Assembly: GCF_009914755.1 (NCBI RefSeq)
Contig: NC_060939.1
Reading direction: 5' to 3' (one strand)
Length of the DNA: 64,000 nt
From: the human T2T-CHM13v2.0 reference genome, Homo sapiens
Positions 15,258 through 30,350 of this stretch are shown one piece after another (position 1 is the stretch's first letter; every line of letters starts with the position of its first letter). The notes beneath the pieces are model-generated. The model saw only the letters and a list, made by a program, of their open reading frames with translations, was not told where the DNA came from and ran no database searches. Made by a program: the position numbers and the translations under genes.

Positions 15258-17038
15258 ACCTTAACTAATTCATTTGCCGCAACCTTATTTCCAAATAAGG
15301 TCACATTCTGAAGTACTGGGGCTCAGGATTTCAACATATGAAGGGGAGTGGGCACAATTCAACCCGTAACAGCAGGTATAGAGTTTTTTGTGTGTGAGCT
15401 GTGTCATGTGCAAGCACTTGAACTTCAGGAATTTTCGCTTTTCCATTTTAGAGATAAGCCACATTTTTTGCTGTGAGATCAACACACTCCTTTCTAAGCT
15501 TTTGTCAAAATCATAACTTATGAAAAGCAACTCTGGGGATGTTGACAAAACTGGAAAAACAGATGTCTTGAGCCAACTGGGATCAATATGAGCCGAGCAG
15601 AAGCTTGAGAAACTCAGGTGAACAAAAACATAAATAATTGGTCTTGGTTGTTCATTCACCAGTTATCAATTTCACTACTTTGAGCTGATGATTTTGGCAG
15701 ACTTAATGCCCTGAGATTTCACAAGTAAATGTTCATAGAAACTATTTACAATAACTGTATACCTGCTCACAACAGACTACAGGATTTAGAGTCCCTTTCT
15801 TTTCCCTCCTCTCTCCCTCCCTCTCTCTACTTCCTTTTTAGGCATAACTTAGTACAGGGCTTTACTTGTTAATTGTTCTTTTGTGATTCTGTTTGTGGCA
15901 ATTAAATGCAGTGGAGGTTTGGTAATTAGCTGCTGTAATTAGAAACACCTTCGGGTTAGGAAGGTGTTTCCTTTTCATCACTTTAGGAGCTCTAGCACTC
16001 CCTTCAAAACGCCTGCACTTGGCTGTGGGGGAGGGGGGAGTGAGCAGCTGCACATCATTCACGCTGGAGGCGGCTTTCTGCTAACAACAACACCTTGCAC
16101 CCTGCCTTCAGAATTCTCCCTTGCAGCTGCAAGCAGAACTGAAAAGTGTGCAGGGCTGCTCTTGCAGTTAATAATTCCCAAATCTCCTGCAGGCCCCTCG
16201 GCGCACACGTCTAGGCTGGAATCTGGACAGCGTTATCCTGGACAATTCAATCCCTGCCAGAAAGGTATCGCCTCCCCAAAGATTGTCTGTCTGCCTTTCT
16301 TCCTATTTTGGGCTAAAGGGACTTTCAGGAATTACATATGTACATATTTCATGTTCCACAATGGGAACACTTGTATCTCACGTCAAAACAAAAGTTAAAG
16401 AAAAATGAAAAACCTCATGAATTGTCCTTTTAAAAATTCTCTGTTTCCTGAAAAACAAACAAAACACCAAAACAAAAAACTCAGACGAAATAAAACCCTG
16501 GTGAAAACCTCCAACTGGGAGTACTTGCTGCCTGATCTCCTGGCTGAGGGAAAGGGAAGTAGTGTTTCTAATCCATTATTACCAGACGCTGAGCTTCTGG
16601 GAAGAAAGAAATGCATCTTAAATTGTTATTTTCCTCTTCTTCTTTTCCCAGTCTTGACTCCTTTTTCTTTTGCATTGTTTGGCAGCTTCAGATTTCATAC
16701 CAAGGGAGCTTGCTCAAGGGACTAAGAGGAGTTTGAGGGTGCTCTTTCTGGGTTTAGATCTGTAGGTACCTGCTGGCCTCTGACACCCTTAAAACCAGTG
16801 AGAGAAAAGAGATGGGGGCCCAGTACCCGGGCCCTGCTGGGAGCTCTCCTCAGACCGGTGTGCACCCAGAAGTCCAAATTCACTGGGTGGGGGTGGGAAG
16901 GGGCTTCTGAAGTTCCCCCAGAAGTACCCTGAACACCCCAAACAAGTAAATGCCTCACCCTCACGTCACCTCTCCTCCCCTCCCCCCGAGATCTGAGGAG
17001 GGGGACAGTCTTTTAAGTGGTTCCGCTCAGGTATGATA

Positions 17039-17083
17039 TTTAGAATCTTTTTTAACTTTTAGAATCTTTTTTAACTTTTAGAA
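17039..17083. repeat. 19-bp tandem duplication
   Basis: ttagaatcttttttaactt about 2.3 copies. Confidence 0.9.
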
Positions 17084-17090
17084 AGTCATG

Positions 17091-17412
<322 letters not shown>

Positions 17413-17485
17413 CTACTCCATAATATACCAACTTTGGTGCTAGGGGAAAGATGATATTTTCTCCACCAGATCTGTGATTAAAATG

Positions 17486-17810
17486 GATGCTCCCGTGCGG
17501 GTGGTGCATGTCTATTACAACCCGGTGGGGGATGCTCTCGTGCGGGTGGTGCATGTCTATTACAACCCGGTGGGGGATGCTCTCGTGCGGGTGGTGCATG
17601 CCTATTACAACCTGGTGGGGGATGCTCTCGTGCGGGCGGTGCATGTCTATTACAACCTGGTGGGGGATGCTCTCGTGCGGGCGGTGCATGTCTATTACAA
17701 CCTGGTGGGGGATGCTCTCGTGCGTGCGGGTGGTGCATGTCTATTACAACCTGGTGGGGGGAACAGGTAGGTGCATGACTATTACAGCCTGGTGGGGGAA
17801 CAGGTAGGTG
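17486..17810. repeat. GC-rich 45-bp minisatellite (6 units) plus about 1.3 diverged 38-bp units
   Basis: Unit gatgctctcgtgcgggtggtgcatgtctattacaacctggtgggg starts at 17486, 17531, 17576, 17621, 17666 and 17711; unit 6 has a gtgc insertion. Confidence 0.97.
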
Positions 17811-19469
17811 TGGGGCTGATAACCTGCTGCTGACAAAGGTCAGTGGGAGGAAGGAAACAAATGCCTCCAAATTCTCATCAGATCGGAGCTGCCTCAAGGG
17901 CTTGTCAGCCCTTGGAGTGACAGCTGCCTCCCTTGCTCCTGTTGCTGACATCCGGTTTCCAGAGGACAGGGCTTGGTAGGCTCTTGCCTGCCCCACACCC
18001 TCAGGGTGCTGTCGACCCCCTTTTCCAGATGTGAAGCTGTGCTTCTCCAACTTACAACCTGGCTTCACAGCCAGGACACAGCCTGCCTGTCTGGGGCTTT
18101 GCATTTGTCTTTCTTCCTTCACTCTTTGAATTTGGGAACAGGGATCTTGAACTCAAAGAATTCCCTGACCACGCCACTAAACACGGAGGCCAGATGCAGC
18201 GTGCTCCTGATGTTAGCTTGTCAGGAAACCTAAATGTGCTGTGATGATCTAAGTCCCCTAGCGGCAAATGGAGGATGATCACAAATTTGGGAAGAGTAGC
18301 TTGCTCATGGTGCACAGTCCCTAAATCTCTTGCAATCCAGAGAGCTTGAATGAAAATACAATTAGCATCGACAGCCCCTCTTCTTCCCTCTCAGGTTTCC
18401 TTCCATGCAGTGATGTGATGCATGGGAGGGGAGTTTACCACGAACTCATGGACACCTGGTTAACTTACCTTGATCACAACAAAACCAGGGGGAGAAAGGC
18501 ACTGTGCCAGGAACTCCTCAGCAAGCAAGCTCAATGCAATCTCATTGTCTCCACAGTCAGACCTTTCTCCTAGGAAGATGCCTTGGGTTCGCCCAAGCTG
18601 TATCCCGAACTCGGTTCCTCTTTCTTGCTTCCTTTAAAATTGCTTTTTCCTGGAGACATATTCTTGCTGAGTTATGTTCTTCAAATTCTTTTCCGTCAGC
18701 TCACTTCATTTCTACCCAAAATATCACGTACAAGATATTTCCAAACACACATGTCTATCTCCAGTGCCACATAGAAGATATTTTTCTCAAACATCATATT
18801 TAACCTAAAACTTCCTTCTTATTTTAATGTAATGCATTTTCACCCTTAATCGCTACTATGCACTGACTGGCGTGGTGCAGAACTCTGGGATAAGGGCTGA
18901 AACACCAAGGGCATTGTTTTGTCATTCCACAAAGTTCAATCCAGCCTCTGTCACTGCTGATCAGTGAAACGGAGGTTCTCAGAACCTCAGTCACCACAGC
19001 AGAAACCTGGGGATGAAACTCCCTTCACAGAGATGTTGGAAGGATTAGGTGAAGATGTCTGCTATTTTTAGCATGATGTGTTATATGCAAAGTCCTAAGC
19101 AATTTAAGTTTTTCTATTTTCTTTGAAGGAGCAAGCTTGCTAAATGGATAAAGCTCCCAAGAATATTTTGGTTTGGGATAGAAACACATTGAAACCAAAA
19201 GTTTAGGGACCCAGCACATTTTGCACAAGATATGGATATGGATTTTCTCCTTATTTGCTAAAAAAAAAAAACTCTCTGTGATCACTGTTGTTGGATCTTA
19301 GTCTTTATAAAGTATACGAAGGACCTTCTGTTGAGTATTGAAAAACATACGTGATCTATCTGCAGGCTGGAAAAGTTTCTTCGAAAATGGAAATGTCTTT
19401 GGGAGTAGCAGCAGAAGGTTTCCTTCCTCTTATCTCTCTGTTGGAAAATTTTTTTCCTTTAAAAAACGT

Positions 19470-19722
19470 TTGTTTTTTTATTTCCATAGGTTTTTGGGGA
19501 ACAGGTGGTGTTTGGTTACATGAGTAAGTTCTTTAGTGGTGATTTGTGAGATTTTGGTGCACCCATCACCTGAGCAGTATGCACTGCACCCTATTAGTAG
19601 TCTTTTATCCCTCATCTACTTCCCACACTTTCCCCCATGAGTTCCCAAAGTCGACTGTGTCATTCTTATGCCTTTGCATCCTCATAGCTTAGCTCCCACT
19701 TATGAGTGAGAACATATGATGC
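19470..19722 (-). mobile_element. L1PB-like 3' end
   Basis: tttttggggaacaggtggtgtttggttacatgagtaag...cccacttatgagtgagaacat. Confidence 0.85.
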
Positions 19723-20515
19723 ACCTAGCACTTAAGCCCTCATGACTGAATTTTATGATCTGGAAATTTTATTGTCAGTTGGCAGCACTGACCATTTGGC
19801 CTAGGCTCAATAAAAGATAATCTAGCCTCTCTCTTACTGCAGCTACAACAAAGATGCAAAAGAGAAAGAGGAAGGATTGTTTAACAAACGACAGAAATTT
19901 ACAAAAAAGAAGGGTGAAGTATGGGTGGGGTGACCAGTTTTCCCAAATTGATGAGGGCTGTCCTGGATTTTACCTTTTTGATGGATTATTTTGGGGTAAT
20001 AATTTAGATTTCTTATCAGAAGATTACGAGGCCTAGAACAAAAGTGATTTGTAAATTTGTTGGTGGGTTGACAGTGGGGGAAGAATTGGAAAAATAAATA
20101 GTGATTATCATCTTAGAATTCTTAAAAAAACAAAAAAGAAAAACATATATGATCTAGATGTTAAAGCAAACACAGCCCTTGAATTCAATATCAAGGATTG
20201 ATATATAACATTTGCATTGTCCCCCTCAAGGGTCTGATAGACCAACCCTTTGCCCAACTTTAACCACTATTTCCATAGGTCTAGAATCCTCTCTTTCATC
20301 CAGTCTCAATTCCCCTCTAGAGATCTTACTGGATGTACACCCAAATTAGAAAATTGTTGGGAGGATGAAATGAGAGAATGCTTAGCTGGCATATAGGAGT
20401 TATCAACACATGTAGCTCTGATTACTTCTGTAACTTGCTATAGGAAGGTGAAGAAAGCAGACGTTGAGTATATTAAACATATATTAGGCTCTGATTGATT
20501 TTGATTTGCTTAGAT

Positions 20516-20731
20516 CAGTGGCTCTCAACTGGGGATGATTCTTTCCTAAGAGACACTTGGCAATGTCTGGAGATGTTTTGATCCTCATGACTAGGGCTGG
20601 CAGGGAGAGTGTTCTGGGTGGGCTACTGGCATCTAGTGTGTAAAGGTTGTTGCTAAACATCCTGCAGTGCGCAGGACGCCCCCACAACAGAGAATTCTCC
20701 AGTCCCAGGGTGCAGAGGTGGGGAAACACTG
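20516..20731 (+). mobile_element. MER20 hAT MITE
   Basis: cagtg...cactg termini, ggcaatgtctggaga and gctaaacatcctgca motifs; 8-bp TSD gcttagat/ccttagat. Confidence 0.88.
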
Positions 20732-20909
20732 CCTTAGATGGATCTTGACTTTGTTAGGCTCTGTGTATGAGGGGAAGATTTGCTTTCTTCAGTAAATTAG
20801 AATAGTGACTAAAAGTTCTAGGTTTTGATCTCTCAAAGAAAATAATATAGGATTTAATAAAAGCTACTTTGATCTTAGCATCTTGGCATTTTAAAAATTA
20901 CAATGGTGA

Positions 20910-21283
<374 letters not shown>

Positions 21284-21639
21284 TTATTGCTAAAAAGTCT
21301 GATGTGTTTGCTGGTAAACCTAAAACTGCTCTAAAAATGTTATTTTTTTTTTTTTTAAAAACTAATGTGAATAGAAAAGTGATTATGACCAACAGAGGTT
21401 TGTGATTTATCTGTGACTCTTTTCTAAGTGAAAAGTTATAGTCAAATAAGCTCCAGGAATAAAACTCATTTCAAATAAGATTATTTAAATATTTCACGTT
21501 TTCTAATCACTAGATTAAACAATAAAAAGATCAGATCTTTCATATCTAATAATTTTTCGTCATATTATTTGATACTTCTAATCACAGAGATATTAAATGT
21601 TTCTAGTTTCTGTGGACATAATTTTGGTGAATTCCTTTT

Positions 21640-21850
21640 CTTTTGTATTTAAAAATTCTTAAAATTGTACATATTTTTGGGGCACATTTGGTGTTTTGAT
21701 CCATGTATACAATGTGTAATGATCTCATCAGAGTAATTGAGATATCCATCACCTCAAACATTTATCTTTTCCATGTGCTGGACACATTACAAGTCTTGTC
21801 TTCCAGCTATTTTGAAATATACAGTAAATTACATTTAACTAACAGTTATA
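21640..21850 (-). mobile_element. L1MA-like 3' end
   Basis: aattgtacatattt...atccatcacctcaaacatttatc. Confidence 0.75.
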
Positions 21851-21991
21851 GCTGATGAAAATTATAATGATAAATTTAAAAGAAAAAAATTCATTGTTAT
21901 TTAATCAGGTATGGAAATAAACCCCAGAGCTATCATACTGTTCAAGGATTGCTAATCTTTAATATCTAAAACAAACTAAGAGTCTGTATTC

Positions 21992-22292
21992 TTTTTTTTC
22001 CTCTTTATTTGAGACAGGGTCTGACTCTGTCACCCGGGCTGGAGTGCATTAGTGCGATCCTGGCTCGCTGCAGCCTCGACCCCCTGGGCTCAAGCAATCG
22101 TCTCATCTCAGCCTCCCAAGTACCCGGAACCACAGGTGTCTGCCCCCATAGCCAGCTCATTTTTAAAATTTTTGTAGAGATGGAGTCTCACTGTGTTGCC
22201 TAGGCTGATCTTAAATTCCTGGGCTCAAGTGATTGTCCTGTCTTGGCCTCCCAAAGTGCTGGGATTATGGGCATGAGCCACCATGCCTGACC
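21992..22292 (-). mobile_element. AluJ
   Basis: gggctcaagcaatc and cctgggctcaagtga J-type motifs; TSD taagagtctgtattctt/taagattctgtattctt. Confidence 0.92.
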
Positions 22293-22947
22293 TAAGATTC
22301 TGTATTCTTAATCCTTTTGCTATACCCACTCCTGGTTCTGAACTTATTTTGTTGGTCACTTAACCACCTTGGGCCTCAGTTTACTCAGCAGAGCAATGAG
22401 ATTTCAGACAAAAAACCTTCCTAGTTGTTCACAACACCAAGATTCTATGCTCTTGTAAAGAATGGTTAAGTGTGTATGTGTACCTGAGTTACGGGGGAGA
22501 CCTTTTGAGTAGGGGTTACTATCCAGGGTCTTGCTGAGACAGGAATGTATTGGGTACTTATGCCTCTAGGAATTACATGTCTGGAGTTCAAGGGGACCTC
22601 AAGGCCACTAAGTCCTCTTTTTGCTTCTCCTAAACATCCGTCTTTCCCAGGACTTTATCTTTTCCTTTGTTCTCCTGGTGTGTGTTGATTGGGGGCTGTT
22701 GGCCTGAGGGCTATGCTTCCTGAGACTCTGCCCAGGCAGGCTGTGAGGGGCCTGGGCCCCATCTTGACCCCAGGGATCCTTATGCTAGGAGCTGGGGTAG
22801 CTTTGGAGGCTTTGGCTGTCAGCAGAGATGACTCCTGACCTAGACCCTTGAATGAGCTTGTTCCCCTGTGAAGGATGGAGATAAGTGGAGTTGGAGTTCC
22901 TCAGGGGTGCCTAATAACCTACCTAGGATAACTCAGAGAAGAGAGCT

Positions 22948-23390
22948 ATGGTGGAGTGTTGAAATACTAGCCCTTGTGAACTGTACCTACTGGTATGCAT
23001 GCCCTTACTTATGTAGTTTCCTTTCACATTGCTCTAGGCTTGGCCAAATAACTTGCTTTGGTCAATTGGACATTAGTAAACATGATACAGGCTGAAGTTT
23101 GATAAACTCTTGAGTTTAGGCCTTGCCCGCTTGGAATTCTAAAACGATGCAAAGAGAAACCCAGGAAACAGCATCAACAGCCAGGCAGGTGAGCCTGGTC
23201 ATACTAGACCATCCCATGCCAGCTGAGCTATCAGATGACTGTGGACATGAATGTCCCTAGCCAAGACAGCAAAAGAACAGCTCAGCTGAGCCCAGCCCCA
23301 AATGGCTGACCCACAAAACATGGCTCCTGTTATGGGAGCCACAATAAATGCCTTGGGTGGTTTGCTGTAACGAAATTGGTAACTGATATG
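22948..23390 (+). mobile_element. Old MaLR LTR (MLT1H-like)
   Basis: ggcttggccaaataacttgctttggtcaat...cagctgagcccagccc...aataaa...taactgata. Confidence 0.65.
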
Positions 23391-23432
23391 AGCTGACTGC
23401 TATTTAGCCATTTGCTTATGAGATCTGAATGA

Positions 23433-23872
<440 letters not shown>

Positions 23873-26377
23873 TGTTAATTCATTTCTCTCTGACCTGAGC
23901 ACCTTTTCTTTCAGTTTAGTACCTCCAGGGCTCAGGACAGAGACTTGTAAAATGTTGGTGCCCAATGGACACATGGAGAAAGAAGGTATGAAGCCCGGCC
24001 ATTCATTCGTATTATAGAAAACGCTGAAGGCTTCCCAAGGCACCAGCTTGCTATGTAGCTGACGGGCCACCAAGGCAAGGTGTGGGAGTATTCTGCAGCT
24101 AGTCATGGCAGCCAGTCAGGACCCTCTTAACTCTGCTCCTCACGCAACTTCCATCCTGCTGCAGTGTCCACCAGCTCTTGAATTTAAAGTCTTTGAAATG
24201 TACATCCTGAGCTGGGGCTCCTGGCTCAGGTCATGGTCCTTTCTGATGACCCGCCATTTGGCTTCTCACTTGGGACCTTTCTGCAGCAAAGCCCTGGCTC
24301 CATCCTCTGTCCCTACCCCATCCTATTCCCCGTCCCTCTCTCTCCTGGCCTCTGAGATTCGGTGAGGGATTGTTTAGGTACAAAGTCCATTGGAAGCCAC
24401 ATTAAGTGACTTAATTATCAGAAGAGGAGCGATGTGGAATGAGGGACAAGGTGACAGCTACTGTGTGCACAAAGACTCAGTCCTTTTTCGTTTGTCTTTT
24501 TTGCTTTTTTCTTCTGTGCCATGACAAAAAGCTTACTCTTGTTAAGTTGCTTTATTTGAATATGAGCCTAAAATAATATCACTAAAAAAAAATATCACTT
24601 TGGAAATAGATTCCGAAGAAAGGTTCAAACTCATAAATGGTCATAGAATTGTTCTAATGTTTTATATCGGAACTCCACATTTTGGCATTTGTCTCTGAAG
24701 GAGGCAATTGTTTTACATTCAGCCAGGCTGAAAATGTCTGCAAGCTGATGGAATCCTTCTGGAACATCAAAGGATGGGAATCTGGCTTCATTTGTACTAA
24801 CATCATTTATTATCTTTTCTTCAGATTTTAAGTTATAAAAATCTCATGAATTAATGATCTCTCTGAGGGTATGAGAAATTTGCATGGACAATTCAGCTGA
24901 AGAAGGCAGTAATTTACACACATGCACACATGAATAATCCCAACAAAGTAAGCGAAGCCAAACAAACGTGTTTTGTTTCATACCTTGAAGTTCTTTGATT
25001 TGAGGTTCGTAGAACTAAAAGGAAGACAGTGTTTTAAATGTGTTTTTCAAAGAAGAGTCTTCTCTTTTAAACCAATTCTAATTCAATTCTGTTAGAATTT
25101 TAATTGTTCCTTGAATCTTTAAGGAGACTGGGTTTACCATTATTCATTTGAACCAGGGTTCAAAAGGGTTCTGTTGATTAAAATAACAATTTTCGTCACA
25201 TAAATTAGACCATTTACTAGCCAGAGCTATCATTTATCAAACATTACTGTAAGCTCTGTAAGCTCAGCACAGGCTAAGCACTTCAAATACATGGTTTCAT
25301 TTAATAATCCCAATAATTTGACTTAAGTACATATTAATATCCTCTTCTCAGAGATAAGGAATCAGGATGAGAGGTTCAGCAATTTGCCCAGGGTCATTTA
25401 GAAAGCAGGAGCAGAGCTAGGATTTATAACCAGCTTGCGTGAACTCAAAGTTCATTCTTTTAACTCCTGTTGCCTTTGAACATTACCGTTGACAATATTT
25501 GGAAAATGTGTCATCTCCTGTTGCAAGGGACAAATATGCAGTTTAAGGAATAGGCATCAGGCTTTTAGAATAACTGACTTTACATTTTAGACTTGTCCTT
25601 CTCTGTCCTTGGGTGGGACCCATGAAGTAATGCTGCTTTGACATCTGCGGCGGAGAAAGCCACTGTCCACTCAAAATTCATGGGCCCTTCCATGGTACAG
25701 GATGCTTCCTGAGAAGCAGCTGCTTAGCCAGGGATGTTACTTAGTTTCACCTATGAATGGAAATGATGTTGGCGGCACCCAGGCAGAGGTGGCTAAGCAG
25801 TGCATGTGTCTTCCTTACCTGCCCTTGGGGAGTGACACCCCAGGAGAGCTGGACACTGCCTGTGGGAAAAGGGTAGAGCCTACTCCTGTCCAGACCTCCC
25901 TCCAGGCCTTCCTCCTCCACTCCAACCAGAGCGAACACACTGAAGTGTTAAGTGAGTGAGAGCTACATTTTTATTGTTAAGCCGTTGGAGTTGTGGGGTT
26001 TCTTTGTTAATACAGCAGTTAGCATTACCCTAACCAAAAATAGAGCTTCCTTTAACTTCCCTTTAGGGGAAGTGAGTGGATTGAACAGCTGAAAAGAGGG
26101 TAGTGGGCCTCTTCACCAGAGTGGATTTCCCAGTTAGGCAGTTACTACATCCTATGCTGATGGTCACATGTTTAGAATATGGGCCTGGGGGGATGAGAGA
26201 AGAGGGCAGGTGGGTGCTCAAGGTGAGGCTTGGGGGAGAAACTGAGGTTGAGAATGGTCTCTCTTTAGCCCAGGTGGTACATTTTCAATTATAGGAAACT
26301 TTAAGGAGACGGTGGTAGATAACTTAAGAGAAAGAAAAATGCGAACCGACATGGATGTGTTTAAAATGAGTGAGCAG

Positions 26378-26686
<309 letters not shown>

Positions 26687-27422
26687 TCAGTTTAACACAA
26701 GGCACATTTGTCTTTGTGTCTTCAAAAATCTTGGGTCGTCTTCTGCAAAGAAAAAGATTAAAGCACATCTTTTTTTTTCCCTCTTCTATAAAGTCTCATG
26801 TTACGTCCCTATTTGTAGCTTTTCAAGGCACTAAGATTATTGAATATTGATTTGGTTAAAAATGGAGAACAGCTCTTTCTGTTTATACCCTGCAGTTCAT
26901 CCTCCTGCTGTTCCCCACATCACTTCTATGCACTTTCTGAAAATCAGTTTAATTAAAAATGTCATGCATGGTTTATTGAATTTCATCTGAAGAATAAGCG
27001 ATAACAAAAATTGTTTGGTCTTATAACCAAGTAAATAGATATTTGGATACTAGGTATGGGGAGAAATAAAACTAATTGTTTAAACCTCAGTTAATGAGAA
27101 CATACTGTTTTGCCAGTGCAGTGTTGGGAAAGAAAGCATCTTTATTTGATAATGGAAAATATTAATAATTACTTAAAGCACTTTGTTGAAGTAACTGTAT
27201 GAGAGCTACATGTTTCTTGTGGGTAGCCATCACTCTTTGTAACAATTGTTTTAATACCAGAGCTCTTTCAGAGAGTAATAACAGAAGTATACCTTTTACT
27301 ATTGTTACCAGAAAGGGGTCCCGATCAAGACACCAAAAGAAGGTTCTTGGACCTCGTGCAAGAAAGAATTTGGGGCAAGTCCATAAAGTGAAAGCAAGTT
27401 TATTAAGAAAGCAAAAGAAAGG

Positions 27423-27728
27423 GGCTGGGCGTAGTGGCTCACGCCTATAATCCCAGCACTTTGGGAGGCCGCGGTGGGTAGAACACGAGGTCAGGAGTTT
27501 AAGACCAGCCTGAGCAAGATGGTGAAACCCCGTCTCTACTAAAGATAAAAAAAAAAAAAAAAATTAGCTGGGTGGCAGGCGTCTGTAAATCCCAGCTACT
27601 CGGGAGGCTGAGGCAGACAATTGCTTGAACCTGGGTGGCGGAGGTTGCAGTGAGCCGAGATCATGCCTTTCCACTCCAGCCTGGGTGACAGAGCGAGACT
27701 CTATCTCAAAAAAAAAAAAAAAAAAAAA
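27423..27728 (+). mobile_element. AluSg-like inside MER41B
   Basis: Full-length dimer with expanded middle A-run and A-tail. Confidence 0.92.
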
Positions 27729-27845
27729 GGTAAAAGAATAAAAGAATGCCTACTCCATAGGCAGAGCAGCAGCATGGGCTGCTTGACTGAGAGTAAACTT
27801 ATATCTTGATTATATACTAAACAAAGGGTGAATTATTCATGAATT

Positions 27846-27875
27846 TTCTGGGAAAGGGGTGGGCAATTCCCTGAA
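27846..27875. promoter_or_regulatory. Tandem GAS (STAT-binding) motifs
   Basis: TTCTGGGAA at 27846-27854 and TTCCCTGAA at 27867-27875 both fit TTCnnnGAA, at the position expected in MER41B. Confidence 0.65.
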
Positions 27876-28455
27876 CTGAGGGTTCCTCCCCTTTTTAGAC
27901 CATGTAGGGTAAACTGTCATGATACTGGTGGGAGTGTCTTTTAGCATGCTAATGCATTATAATCAGTGTATAATGAGCACTGAGAACAATCAGAGATCAC
28001 TTTCATTGCCATTTTGGTTTTGGTGGGTTTTGGCCGGTTTCTTTACCGAATCCTGTTTTCTCATCAAGGTCGTTGTGACCTGTATCTTCTGCTGTCCCCC
28101 TATCTCATCCTGTGACTAAGAATGCCTAACCTCCTGGGAATGCAGCCCATTAGGTCTCAGCCTCATTTTACCCAGCACCTATTCAAGATGGAGTCACTCT
28201 GGTTCAAACACCTCTGACACTATGCAGTTCATACAAACAGTTTAGTTTAATGCAAACAGTACGTGTCTGCTGATCACAGAAATAAGTCCCTGAAATTTGA
28301 ATCAGTCTAGGGGAGAAAATTCTTCTTTGGATTTAAGAGAGTCCAGTCTTTTCCCAGTAGACAAGAACAAGGAAGATAGCTACAGGCAGCCATCTCTCTA
28401 TCAGGAGGAGAATCAACCTTAAAAGAAAGGCAGTAATAGAATGTGGTACATATAC

Positions 28456-29258
<803 letters not shown>

Positions 29259-29519
29259 GTACACCATGGCATACTATACAGTCACAAAAAAGAATGAGAT
29301 CATGTCCTCTGCAGGAATATGGATGGAGCTAGAGGCCATTATCCTTAGCAAACTAACACAGGAAAAGAAAACCTAATACTGCATTTTCTCACTTATAAGT
29401 GGGAGCTAAATGATGAGAACACATGGACACAGAGAGGAACACACACTAGGGCCTATCAGAGGATGGAGGGTGGGGAGAGGGAAAGAGAGAGAGAGAGAGA
29501 AAAAAAAAAAGGAAGCCAG

Positions 29520-30350
<831 letters not shown>

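Larger units (their letters stand above)
13895..15371 (-). mobile_element. MaLR LTR (MLT1B/C-like) split by MER61
   Basis: Antisense MLT1 motifs (cacagttctggaggctagaagtcca; ttccaaataaggtcacattctg; gcacaattcaacccgtaaca); halves rejoin at ctcatct|taactaat. Confidence 0.8.
27303..28219 (-). mobile_element. ERV1 solo LTR MER41B, interrupted by AluS
   Basis: Minus strand begins tgtcagaggtgtttgaaccagagtgactccatcttgaatagg; contains tgcattagcatgctaaaag and the GAS segment; perfect TSD ctat. Confidence 0.9.

Noticed and set aside
17486-17810. Regular repeat array as a CRISPR-like locus
   Set aside because: Units are head-to-tail with no unique spacers, there are no cas genes, and the DNA is primate; it is a minisatellite
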